DNA of 64,000 bases from Phycisphaerae bacterium. GTDB taxonomy: Bacteria > Planctomycetota > Phycisphaerae > UBA1845 > Fen-1342. Below the pieces are notes generated by a model. It did not search any database and had not been told where the DNA came from. It saw only the letters and a list, made by a program, of their open reading frames with translations. The stretch is taken from contig JANQFV010000015.1 of assembly GCA_028277645.1 (NCBI GenBank), forward strand, positions 51,298 through 115,297. Reading direction: 5' to 3'. Below, in pieces: positions 37,225 through 46,388 of the stretch (position 1 is its first letter; each line of letters begins with the position of its first letter). A program made the translations under genes and the position numbers.

Positions 37225-38174
37225 CTAGGCTCTGTTTGATAGATCAATGTTCGGCGCTTGTACGGGTTGCGCGGTGTCAATCTGTAGTACACGCTGTTGT
37301 CGACGACAAGGAGGTCGACGATGGCGAAGCAAGTCAGGCGTTCCGGTGCGCCGCGTGGGCGTCGCTACGAACTTTCGGACGAGGGCTTCGAGCGGCTCGC
37401 GCCGCTGTTGCCAACACAGGGCCGCGGGGGCCGGTGGAATGATCACCGCACGACGCTCAACGGCATCTTCTGGGTGCTCAACAGTGGGGCGCCGTGGCGG
37501 GACATGCCCGAACGCTACGGCCGCTGGCAAAGCGTTTACCACCGCTTCCGGCGCTGGACACGCGCGGGACTGTTCGAGCGCATGCTGCGGCGGCTGCATG
37601 TGCAGCTTGATGACGACGGACGCATCGACTGGAGCGTCTTCGATGTCGACGGTTCGAACGTTCGCGCCCATGCGGCGGCCGCCGGGGCCAGGAAAAAAGG
37701 GGCGAAAGCGAGCCCGACGACCACGCCCTGGGACGATCCCGCGGAGGCTTTGGCACGAAGCTTCATCTGGTGACCGACGGCCGCGGCGTGCCCCTTGGCG
37801 CGCTGGCGACCGCCGGACAAGCGCACGAATCGAAGTCGTTCGAGGCCTTGCTCGACACCGTCCAGATCCGCCGCCGCCGCCGGCCCGATGCCGTGGCGGG
37901 CGACAAGGGCTACAGCTATGACTGGATCCGCGCATGGCTACAGAAACGCAACATCGAAACCGTCATTCCCACGCGCAGCGACCAGCCCCGGCAACGCCTG
38001 AACAAACGCAAGTACCGTCGGCGAAATGTCGTCGAGCGTTGCATCGGCTGGCTCAAGCACTGCCGCCGCATCGCCACACGATTCGAGAAGCTCGCCACCC
38101 ACTTCGTCGCCATGGTCACACTCGCCATGATCCAACGCTGTCTGCGAATCCTCGATCCGTCAAACAGAACCTAG
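37225..38174 (+). mobile_element. IS5-family (IS427/IS1031-like) insertion sequence, apparently intact
   Basis: Terminal inverted repeats are CTAG-GCTCTGTTTGATAGATC on the left and, as reverse complement on the right, CTAG-GTTCTGTTTGACGGATC (18/21 identical). Flanking CTAG on both sides is compatible with a target duplication. The two-ORF transposase has an A6G slippery run. Confidence 0.85.
37297..38174 (+). CDS. IS5-family DDE transposase, OrfA/OrfB joined by a putative -1 frameshift at AAAAAAG (37693-37699)
   Basis: OrfA (37297..37773) has WNDHRTTLNGIFWVLNSGAPWRDMPERYG...VYHRFRRW. The -1 frame read from the A-run gives ...ALGRSRGGFGTKLHLVTDGRGVPL...DKGYS...RRNVVERCIGWLKHCRRIATRFEK, which is typical of the family. 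Confidence 0.8.
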
Positions 38175-38289
38175 TGCCAGCAGCGTTACGGAAACACGTG
38201 AGGTCATTAGCGCACCCGATCTTCGTCCCAGCGCGGCAACACGAACCTCGACACCGGTTCGACCGCCGCGCAGGGGACGCGTACCGGCG

Positions 38290-40422
38290 TTACTCGCGGT
38301 ACTCCGTGTCGACCGGCAGGTCACTCAAATCACACCCGAGATTCCCGATTACGTAGTACTGGCCACCGAGGTAGTAGTGATTCGAGCACCAGTAATGCGG
38401 ATACCGCGAGATGAATTGTGGGCAGACCCACTCTTGTGCCTCTTTGAAGTTTTCGAACCCACCCTTCAGTTCCACTTTGATCGCCTCCTGCGTCGAGTCG
38501 ATTCCGCCGCCGGGATACGACGCAGTGGAACGCCACGCCTCGAACTGCGAGCGTGTGGCGATGTAGAGCAGCGGCGCGTCCCAACACCGCACGTTGTCCG
38601 TGTAGTACACCAGGTATTGGTCGCCCGGCTCCGGCTCCGTCGTGACGGTGATGAGCACGGAATCGCGACCACGAAGCTGGCGACTGTCCGTACAGTGCGC
38701 AACAAACGTGTACTCGCCAACTGTATCAAACGAACTGAACAACACCGGCCCCGTCGCGACCTCGTCCCCGAGATAGGCCCACACAACGCCATACGGCGGC
38801 GTTCCACCCGAAACCTCTGCCGTGATCTCGAAGTACTCGCCGACACCAACCGTCGTCTCGCCCGAGAACGCCACATCGAGGCAGTGCTCATTGTCGACGG
38901 TGAAGCGGTCGGCAATATCGTCGCGCGAGACCCCGTGTACGACACCGTTCTCGACGTAGCCGGTCAGCACGTCGATCACCAGTTCGTACCCGAGCTGCTG
39001 ACCGTGACGGTCGTACGCAAATTCGAACTCGTCACGCAGGCATTCGCCGCCCCAATAGCATTCCTCATAGTACACTGCCAGGTCGTTCAGTCGTTCAGCC
39101 AACCCCGACAATCCGACTGGCGGCTCATCGAAACCGGCCCAACTCTCGCCGAGCTTCGCGTACAGGCGCGTGTAAACCGCGAAGAGCGCGGTCCCGAACA
39201 GGTGATACCGATCGCCTACGGAGTCGTTCGACCCCGGAACGGGCGCCATCGCATTTTTGATGCTCGTCGCCCGGGCCGAGCTGGAATAGCGCGTCTCGCC
39301 ATCCCAGCCACGACATACGTTGTGCGACAGTAGCAGCGCCTGAAACAGGTCGCCGTTTGTGCGTCGATACGCCTCGCCGAAGACGTCGGACTCATCGATC
39401 GAGGCAGCCGGCTGAGCAATGACCCAATCCTCCAATGCGGTCTCCAGTCCGGTCACCAATCCGAGGTCGACGTACTTCTGGCGAAACTCGGCGTCTGTCT
39501 CGCCTTCTTCCTTGCCGGGCACATTCGCCAGGTAGAACAACAACTCCAGCGCATTGGGCAACTTCTTCAGATCCACCGTGGGGTTTGGCGCGGAGCAAAC
39601 AATCTGCTGCATGATCGGCTCAATCATCGGTTTCTCAATGTCCGGCAGATCCCGCGCCGTGCGCCAGATCGAGCGAAACGTACCGGCAATGGCCCCGGTC
39701 GTAAGCGTCGCGAGCGCATCGGCCGCGTCGACGCCGACCGACAGTGCGCCTCCCAGCAGATTCGCAATGAGCTGCCCATAGCTGAAGTGAGGAACGTACA
39801 CGACCAGTTCGCCGGTGGACTCATCAGCTTCCAGGCCCATGAGCCGTTCACCTGTGATCACCCCGTTTGCGTAGTCGCCCAGCACAAAGGAAACCAACGA
39901 CGTATCCGGCGGATCACCGAGCAGCGACAAGTCAAACGGAATGCGCACTTCCAGCGGTGGATCGAATTGGGCTCCCGCCGGGCCGAACTCGATCACGGGG
40001 CTCAGGGCTCTCGGCGTCGCGGTTGCCTGCAGCACCGCGCCCCAGAGGGCGTCGGCAACGACGTCGTCGCTCGCGTCAGTCATCTGCGCAAACGACTCCA
40101 GCGGCGCGTATTCGCCCAACCGGACGTCGTCGGTACCGTCCGCGTAGCGGCCGATCGTGATGCTGAGGCGCTCGCCCGCTGGAATCGCCCCGGGCGGAAC
40201 GATCACCTTCATCCCGTCGAGTTCTGTGCCCGTGCCCTTCACCTCCAGTTTCCCTCCTTCGGCCCCAATCGAGCCATCCGACGGCGCGTCCGAACCCGCA
40301 GGCGGCGATGTGGGCGGGCAGCCACCGAGCGCAGCAACACCGATGATGGTGAGGAATGAGAGCAGGACTGGAGTGAACGAGCGGTGACGCTTAGCGCAAG
40401 CGCGCAGTGGGGGACTCGACAT
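38290..40422 (-). CDS. large lipoprotein, function unknown (contains a PKD-like GGTPPYGVVW segment)
   Basis: Start moved to ATG 40422 (MSSPPLRAC...VAALGGCPP lipobox). Long ORF with G/C-rich third positions. No catalytic motif recognised. Confidence 0.6.
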   Translation of the reverse strand: MSSPPLRACAKRHRSFTPVLLSFLTIIGVAALGGCPPTSPPAGSDAPSDGSIGAEGGKLEVKGTGTELDGMKVIVPPGAIPAGERLSITIGRYADGTDDVRLGEYAPLESFAQMTDASDDVVADALWGAVLQATATPRALSPVIEFGPAGAQFDPPLEVRIPFDLSLLGDPPDTSLVSFVLGDYANGVITGERLMGLEADESTGELVVYVPHFSYGQLIANLLGGALSVGVDAADALATLTTGAIAGTFRSIWRTARDLPDIEKPMIEPIMQQIVCSAPNPTVDLKKLPNALELLFYLANVPGKEEGETDAEFRQKYVDLGLVTGLETALEDWVIAQPAASIDESDVFGEAYRRTNGDLFQALLLSHNVCRGWDGETRYSSSARATSIKNAMAPVPGSNDSVGDRYHLFGTALFAVYTRLYAKLGESWAGFDEPPVGLSGLAERLNDLAVYYEECYWGGECLRDEFEFAYDRHGQQLGYELVIDVLTGYVENGVVHGVSRDDIADRFTVDNEHCLDVAFSGETTVGVGEYFEITAEVSGGTPPYGVVWAYLGDEVATGPVLFSSFDTVGEYTFVAHCTDSRQLRGRDSVLITVTTEPEPGDQYLVYYTDNVRCWDAPLLYIATRSQFEAWRSTASYPGGGIDSTQEAIKVELKGGFENFKEAQEWVCPQFISRYPHYWCSNHYYLGGQYYVIGNLGCDLSDLPVDTEYRE

Positions 40423-40689
40423 GGTAGTTCTCCGCGCTGAACCGCTGAGGAAGCAGCATCGGCCCGATGCTGGCCAGCAAACTCTGCCAGTGTCCACGAT
40501 GCGGCCTACCAAAGTCAATCGAATTCGACACGCGAAGTTTCCAGCCCGCCCCCCCTGGAGGGCACGTGTATTCCGGCGGTCCAAACGTTTATCGGAAGCC
40601 GGATAGCCTCCAATTCACCCATTTTCGACCCGCGCAGCACGATACGTGAAATCCACAAGCTAACGGAGCCGAAAAAGAGCATATACGGA

Positions 40690-41076
40690 GTGAGAACCAG
40701 CTTTATCGCTAGGAGTGCAGTGATGCCCGCAGATACGACACTGGCCAGCCGCGAGTCCTGGCGGGAATTCGTGCAGAGCTTTGATGCCGTTGAACAGCCC
40801 GAACACCGCCGCCGCGCCGCACGCCACGACGTAGGGCATGGATTCGTCGAGGTCTACGAATTACCACAGACCACCAAACTCGTCACAACCGGTACCGTGA
40901 TTAACGTGTCAGAAAATGCGCTGATGCTGCGCACACGCGCAAGTGTCGGCATCGCTATGCAGATTCGTATCGAACTTGGCGTCGACGACGACGAGTTTGT
41001 CCTGATTGGCGAGGTACGGCACTGCACGCCCACCGTCGGTGGATACAAGCTTGGCGTCGAACTGCTATGGGAGTAA
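40690..41076 (+). CDS. PilZ-domain protein (tentative)
   Basis: RRRAARH (RxxxR-like) followed by INVSENALML (D/N-x-S-x-x-G-like, with G replaced by A), and a beta-barrel-like C-terminus. Start uncertain. Confidence 0.5.
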   Translation: MRTSFIARSAVMPADTTLASRESWREFVQSFDAVEQPEHRRRAARHDVGHGFVEVYELPQTTKLVTTGTVINVSENALMLRTRASVGIAMQIRIELGVDDDEFVLIGEVRHCTPTVGGYKLGVELLWE

Positions 41077-41119
41077 AATCCGCGCGATTCCCGGAGCGAG
41101 GCACATCGCGCTGAAACTT

Positions 41120-42133
41120 CTACTTCATCACGATGCCGAGCACGTCGGCCAGCGGGCGCAACGACACGTTCATCTCCGCGAACGCCGCAAAATCTAGCGA
41201 CTGCTGTCCGTCGGACATGGCCGTTCGCGGGTCGGGATGCATCTCGACAATCAACCCGTGTGCACCAGCCGCCAACGCGGCGCGCGACATCGCCGGCACG
41301 TACTCCGCACGCCCCGTCCCATGGCTGGGGTCGATGATCACCGGCAGGTGCGAGAGGTGCTGCACTACCGGAACGATCGACAGGTCCAGCGTATTGCGCG
41401 TGTGATCCGCGAACGTCCGCACGCCGCGCTCGCAGAGGATCACCTGCCGATTCCCACCGGCCATGATGTACTCAGCCGCGAGCAGCCACTCCTCCACCGT
41501 CGCCGCCATGCCACGCTTCAGCAGCACCGGCTTCCGTGCAATGGATAAACGGCGCAACAGCGCGTAGTTCTGCATGTTGCGCGTGCCGACCTGGAGCACG
41601 TCGGCGTATTCCTCAACGGCCGCCGCGCTTTCGACGTCGAGCACTTCCGTCACGATGCCGACGCCGGTCTCGTCGCGGGCCTTGGCCAGCAGCTTCAAGC
41701 CCTCGATTCCCAGCCCCTGAAATGCATATGGACTAGTCCGTGGCTTGAACGCCCCGCCGCGCAGCAGCTTCACGCCCTGTTCCGTCAGGAAGCGCGCGGA
41801 CTCGATGATCATCTTCTCATTCTCGACCGAGCACGGACCGGCGATCATCGTGAAACCGTCACCGACGGACGTTCCGGCGATCGAGAACACGCTCGACTCC
41901 GGCTGCGTCTCCCGTGATACGAGCTTGTACCCAACCGTGATGCGGACGACGTCCTCGACGCCCGGCATGATCAGCAGCGCTTCGCGCCCCTCCGGCCCGC
42001 GATTACCGGTGATGCCGATCGCCGTGCGCGTCTTGCCCGGCATCACGTGTGGGTCATAACCCAATTCGCGAACTTTGTCGGCGACCGCCTCAATCTGTTC
42101 CGGCGTCGCGCCGGCGTTCATCACTACGAGCAT
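41120..42133 (-). CDS. aroF: 3-deoxy-7-phosphoheptulonate (DAHP) synthase, class I-beta, with N-terminal ferredoxin-like regulatory domain
   Basis: MLVVMNAGATPEQIEAVADKVRELGYDPHVMPG matches the regulatory domain seen in the Thermotoga-type enzyme. The catalytic core shows GPCSVEN, KPRTSPY.FQGLG, and IIDPSHG. Start moved to ATG 42133. Confidence 0.88.
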   Translation of the reverse strand: MLVVMNAGATPEQIEAVADKVRELGYDPHVMPGKTRTAIGITGNRGPEGREALLIMPGVEDVVRITVGYKLVSRETQPESSVFSIAGTSVGDGFTMIAGPCSVENEKMIIESARFLTEQGVKLLRGGAFKPRTSPYAFQGLGIEGLKLLAKARDETGVGIVTEVLDVESAAAVEEYADVLQVGTRNMQNYALLRRLSIARKPVLLKRGMAATVEEWLLAAEYIMAGGNRQVILCERGVRTFADHTRNTLDLSIVPVVQHLSHLPVIIDPSHGTGRAEYVPAMSRAALAAGAHGLIVEMHPDPRTAMSDGQQSLDFAAFAEMNVSLRPLADVLGIVMK

Positions 42134-42285
42134 GGCCCGATTCCTAGTGCGGCAAAGGGCTGACACCCATCGCCTTGTCTGCCGTCTGGTTCAGTTCAGC
42201 GTGCAGAGCGTAGCCCGACGAGCATCCGGTTCCAAGATGTTCGCAACACTTTCATCGCGGCAGCGAGTGACAGTCCGTCACGCGG

Positions 42286-44973
42286 TCACGGCTCAAAGGT
42301 GACGACCTGGCCGTATAGCAAGTATGCCTTCCCCGTATTCGAATAGTCGCCCGGGGCACCGATTCCCGCGTCCCACAGGTCATCGCCGTTGACGTTCCCG
42401 GAACTGAGCGCGTAGCCCAGCCGACTGATTTCGCCGGGATCGCCCACCAGTTCCCAGCCGCCAAGATCACGTGTTCCGAGGGCAGTCAGCGAGTATGCGC
42501 CTTGAAGAGCCGTGTTGCCGTACACCAAGTACGCCGCCCCACGCTGCGACTCCACCTCCGGCGCGCCCATCAGCAAGTCGTCTATGTCGTCGTCGTCGAA
42601 ATCACCTTCGCCAGCGAGCGCATGACCAAGCCGGCCACCGACGGCAAGCCCGTCGAAGATCACACCCGGGTAAGTGGTGCCGACCAGGCCGAGATCGATC
42701 GTCGTCGGCGCGGCCGGCCAGACGCCGTTGCCGACATCGAACGCGACGTAGACACGTCCGCGGTTGTTGTCGAAGCCCGGTGCACCGATGGCGAGATCAG
42801 GCCGGCCGTCGCCGTCGAAATCACCGGACGCGAGCGAAAAACCTGCTTCGTCGCCGTCGTTCTCACCCAGGAATATGCGTCCCTCGATGAAACCTGGCTG
42901 ATACTCACCCAGGGTCCAAGGTCCTTCCGAACCCTGCGCCATCCACGCCTCGCCGAAGATCACGTACACGCGCCCGGGCCGCGCCCCGTAGCGCAGCGCG
43001 TGCGGTCCCGGCAACTCACTGCCCCGCGGTGCGCCGATCGCCAGCTCATCACGTTCGTCGTTATCGACATCCGCCAGGTGCCGAATCGCGTGGCCGGCCA
43101 GATCGCCTTCATCCCAGAAGCTCGCGAACTCGAGCGTGGCAGCGTAGCCCAGCGGTCCGTCGACAACTGGTTGGCCGCCGAAGAACACGTACACGTGCCC
43201 GACGTTTGCGTGTCTCGGATCATTGGGGTCACCTGCAGGCGAACTCGCTCCGACCGCAAACTCTGCGAACCCGGAACCGTCTAGGTCCCCGATCGCGGCA
43301 ACGTCTCGCCCCGCCGCGGTCGCAATCTCACCGTAGAACTGCGCCCCCAGACTGGACGATAGTGCGCCGACACCGATTTCGTGAACGCCGCCGTCGATCA
43401 GGTTCAGCAGCTCCGAACCGCGCGCCAGGTACGCTTTGCCGCCCGGCGGTGGTACTTCCATGACGTAGTCCGGGGCGCCAATCAGCAGGTCGCGGTCGAG
43501 GAGTCCGGCACGCAAGCCGGCTTGGTCGATCAGTGCCACGGCGGTACCAGTCCCAGACTGGAACCCTTCGCCGACGAACTGCATCGCCGCGTCGTCAATC
43601 GTGTACGTAGGTGGCCAACCGTCCGGCGGCGCAAGGAACAGATACGCCGCACCGACCTCCCCTTCGACAGATGTGTCGCTGAAATCCTCGAAAGCCGGAT
43701 CGCCAATAAGGACGTCGGCAACTTCGTCGACCGATCCATTCAGACTGCGCGAACAGTCAATCGACGCTCCGAACAACACGTTGCGGAAACCGCCGTAGGG
43801 TTCTCCGATCTCATTCGGATCGAGATCCTCAGGCGAGAAGCGCCCCACGAAACGACCGGTTATCTCAAACGGCCCGATGTACGCGACCGCTGACTCGAGT
43901 GAATCCTCGATAATGCCCCCCGCGTAGTAGATACCAGGCTCAAAATCTGCCCCGGCGACAACCTGCTCGCGGTCTGCCACGTCATCCTCTGAAATGCCGG
44001 TCCGAATGATCGTCTCGCTCCCGTCGCCCTGATACGTGTCGTCGCTATCAACGAAGATCGTGATCCGCGCATCGTCATCTGGATCGACGCCGGCCCATGC
44101 GATGGTGAAGTCGTGTCGCGCGGAGACCAACTGCTCCGGCCGCGGACTGTCGAGCGTCAAGAGCGGGGGCGCGTTAATCATGAGACGCCCCGCGCTCAGC
44201 GCCGAGCGCACGAATGCATCTCCGTCCGTAATCTCAGCATAGATGCGGAACTGCCCCGTGGAGGATGCCAGCACGGTCCAAGAAACAGTGACGATGTCCG
44301 TCGCGGCAGCCTCGCTCAGGATCACGATCTCGTCCCCGTCATTCGGCGTCGCGGTCGGTTCGGCAAAGACGCTGAGTGTGGCGTCCGTTGAGCGATCGCC
44401 GCCAACCACAATTTCGATCTGCACATCGCTGCCCACAGCCACACGCACATCTTCCGCCAGCGACTGTACCGTGACGGTCAGCGGCGTCGGCTCGTCCGGG
44501 TCTGGATCGGGTTCCGGATCTGGGTCTGGCGCCGGTTTGGGCTCGGGTTCTGGTTCCGGTTCAACCTCCACCACAATCGTCTCTCCCGACGCAAAGTCGT
44601 CGCCGAGAAAATAGTTTTTCGGCGGTCGCGCAATCTCGACCGCCCCCAACAAGGTCACTTCCACCAGCACTGAGTCCGCGCGGTCCGGCCCGATGACTCC
44701 GTGGTGTTCGTCCGCGGCTAGGCGTCGTTCGGATCGATGCACCAGCTTTCCCGCCACGCGCATGCTGACGCGGACGTACGCCTCAACTCCGGAACCGTTC
44801 ACGATCTGGACAGTAACAGCACCGCTGAGCACTTCCGCCACTTCTCGCCCCACCGAGCCGCCAACGTCGGCCACGAGGTCAGGCCCCACTGTCGGACCAA
44901 TTACGTGCGTTTCCGGTGGGCATCCGCCGACTACAGCACACAGCGCCGCCAGACCGATCACCCGCATGCACAT
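42286..44973 (-). CDS. FG-GAP/integrin-alpha-like repeat protein with an N-terminal Ig-like region and an (E/D)P linker
   Basis: Multiple FG-GAP motifs: GDLDGSGFAEFAVGA, GDFDGDGRPDLAIGAP, GDFDDDDIDDLLMGAP, GNVNGDDLWDAGIGAP. Lipobox-like N-terminus (AVVGGCPP). ATG 44973 is preceded by AGGAGG. Confidence 0.8.
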   Translation of the reverse strand: MCMRVIGLAALCAVVGGCPPETHVIGPTVGPDLVADVGGSVGREVAEVLSGAVTVQIVNGSGVEAYVRVSMRVAGKLVHRSERRLAADEHHGVIGPDRADSVLVEVTLLGAVEIARPPKNYFLGDDFASGETIVVEVEPEPEPEPKPAPDPDPEPDPDPDEPTPLTVTVQSLAEDVRVAVGSDVQIEIVVGGDRSTDATLSVFAEPTATPNDGDEIVILSEAAATDIVTVSWTVLASSTGQFRIYAEITDGDAFVRSALSAGRLMINAPPLLTLDSPRPEQLVSARHDFTIAWAGVDPDDDARITIFVDSDDTYQGDGSETIIRTGISEDDVADREQVVAGADFEPGIYYAGGIIEDSLESAVAYIGPFEITGRFVGRFSPEDLDPNEIGEPYGGFRNVLFGASIDCSRSLNGSVDEVADVLIGDPAFEDFSDTSVEGEVGAAYLFLAPPDGWPPTYTIDDAAMQFVGEGFQSGTGTAVALIDQAGLRAGLLDRDLLIGAPDYVMEVPPPGGKAYLARGSELLNLIDGGVHEIGVGALSSSLGAQFYGEIATAAGRDVAAIGDLDGSGFAEFAVGASSPAGDPNDPRHANVGHVYVFFGGQPVVDGPLGYAATLEFASFWDEGDLAGHAIRHLADVDNDERDELAIGAPRGSELPGPHALRYGARPGRVYVIFGEAWMAQGSEGPWTLGEYQPGFIEGRIFLGENDGDEAGFSLASGDFDGDGRPDLAIGAPGFDNNRGRVYVAFDVGNGVWPAAPTTIDLGLVGTTYPGVIFDGLAVGGRLGHALAGEGDFDDDDIDDLLMGAPEVESQRGAAYLVYGNTALQGAYSLTALGTRDLGGWELVGDPGEISRLGYALSSGNVNGDDLWDAGIGAPGDYSNTGKAYLLYGQVVTFEP

Positions 44974-45245
44974 TATCTGTGCCTCCTGAGTCCAGTATTG
45001 ATGTGCGGGACGCAACAGTGAGACGACCCACCACCGAGCGCCCGTGTTCAATCCCCTTCTATTTCAACAACTTAGAGCTTTCGGCGAACGAAATCAATCC
45101 CGGGCGGAAGTGGACCGAAAAAGGCCCTGTCCCCACCCCGAATTCGACGAAATTCCGTGTGGCGAACAAAATCCGTCGATTGGGAGTATATAAGTTCACG
45201 GCGGCAGGCACTGCCGCTCGCGCTGATCCTGTAGGTACTGTGCCC

Positions 45246-46340
45246 ATGACGATCTGGCGGTTCACAATTCTGCTGCTGTCGATATCTCTGGCGAGCGCGG
45301 TCACCCAGGCCGCCAAGGCCCAAAACGCCCGCCGCGTCGATCAACTCGTTGACCGTCCGTCTTCACGCGGCCCATCCTCACAGATCGGCGGAGCCCGTAC
45401 GCGTTCACGAACTGCGCCGCTCGACGCCCCGCGGCGACAGGTGAACAACCTCGGGGAATCGCAGTATCAGTTCCGAACTCAGCGTCGTTACTCACCTGGA
45501 ACAACGTATATGCCGTCGGCTCTGGTAGGACTTACGAGTCCGCTCCGCACGGGCCGCGCATCAGTATTGTCCGGCGCTCTCATGCAGCAGCAAATCGCGC
45601 GGGCTCCGGCCGTTTTCGGCTACCGCGGCCGTCTGCCAGCGTTGGACGGTCACCTCTATGTCGCTCACGCGCCGACGACCCCGTTCCAGGAGTACTTCGG
45701 GCTGCTTCCAAGCCGAGAGCCGGTTCAAGGCGAACCAGTACCACTACCTGCAGAGCGAATTGAATCGCGTCTGCAGCGCCGCCTGAACGTTGTGACCGCC
45801 GAAGCATTCGAATTTTTTCACCAGGCCACGGTCGAGGCCCGCGATGTCGACGCGAGAACCGGAGTTGGTAACTATCCAAATTGTGCGGACTGCGTCCAAA
45901 ATCTCTCGCATGCTTCGCGGCGGCTGATCATGCTCCGCGACCTTGACGACCAGAACCACCTGCCCCCCCTGCTGCTGACGCACGTGTTTCTCGAACAGGA
46001 CCGTCCCTTGGCCGCCAGCGGATTCCTGATCGACGCCTTCAAGCGCAACCCGGACCTGTTGGATGACGCTCGTGCGATTCGAAAGTACTTCGGCGACGCC
46101 GATGAACACGCCGAAACATCGCTCTACCTGTCGGAACAGATGCGGCGCTTCGTGCGTATCGGCGAGCTGAATCCCAAGTCCCCACCAGCCCAGTTGCTCG
46201 AGGCCTACTGCGCTTTTCAGTTGGGCGACACCGCCCGCGCGCGTCGCGCCGCCGAGCGTGCGATCGACGCTGCACAGGGCGCTGATGAGGATGTAGGCGC
46301 GATTATCACCTTTGCGGAACGGATCAGCGCGTTACCATAA
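45246..46340 (+). CDS. secreted protein with TPR-like C-terminus, function unknown
   Basis: Start moved to ATG 45246 (MTIWRFTILLLSISLASAVTQAAKA signal peptide). The rest of the 474-aa track ORF overlaps the divergent gene. Confidence 0.55.
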   Translation: MTIWRFTILLLSISLASAVTQAAKAQNARRVDQLVDRPSSRGPSSQIGGARTRSRTAPLDAPRRQVNNLGESQYQFRTQRRYSPGTTYMPSALVGLTSPLRTGRASVLSGALMQQQIARAPAVFGYRGRLPALDGHLYVAHAPTTPFQEYFGLLPSREPVQGEPVPLPAERIESRLQRRLNVVTAEAFEFFHQATVEARDVDARTGVGNYPNCADCVQNLSHASRRLIMLRDLDDQNHLPPLLLTHVFLEQDRPLAASGFLIDAFKRNPDLLDDARAIRKYFGDADEHAETSLYLSEQMRRFVRIGELNPKSPPAQLLEAYCAFQLGDTARARRAAERAIDAAQGADEDVGAIITFAERISALP

Positions 46341-46388
46341 CCTGGGCCTGCCGCCCGCAGGCCTCCGCAGCGCTGTACGGCAGCGTGT

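Noticed and set aside
37225-37935. Long alternate-frame ORFs inside the IS element (37225..37935 minus, 37247..37921 plus)
   Set aside because: The OrfA/OrfB frames carry the IS5-family transposase motifs. The other frames are Arg/Pro-rich shadows.
44470-44580. Short tandem GGTTC/GGATC-type periodicity that at first looked like a repeat array
   Set aside because: It encodes the (E/D)P linker EPEPEPEPKPAPDPDPEPDPDPDEP inside the FG-GAP protein. There is no repeat-spacer organisation, so it is not a CRISPR array.
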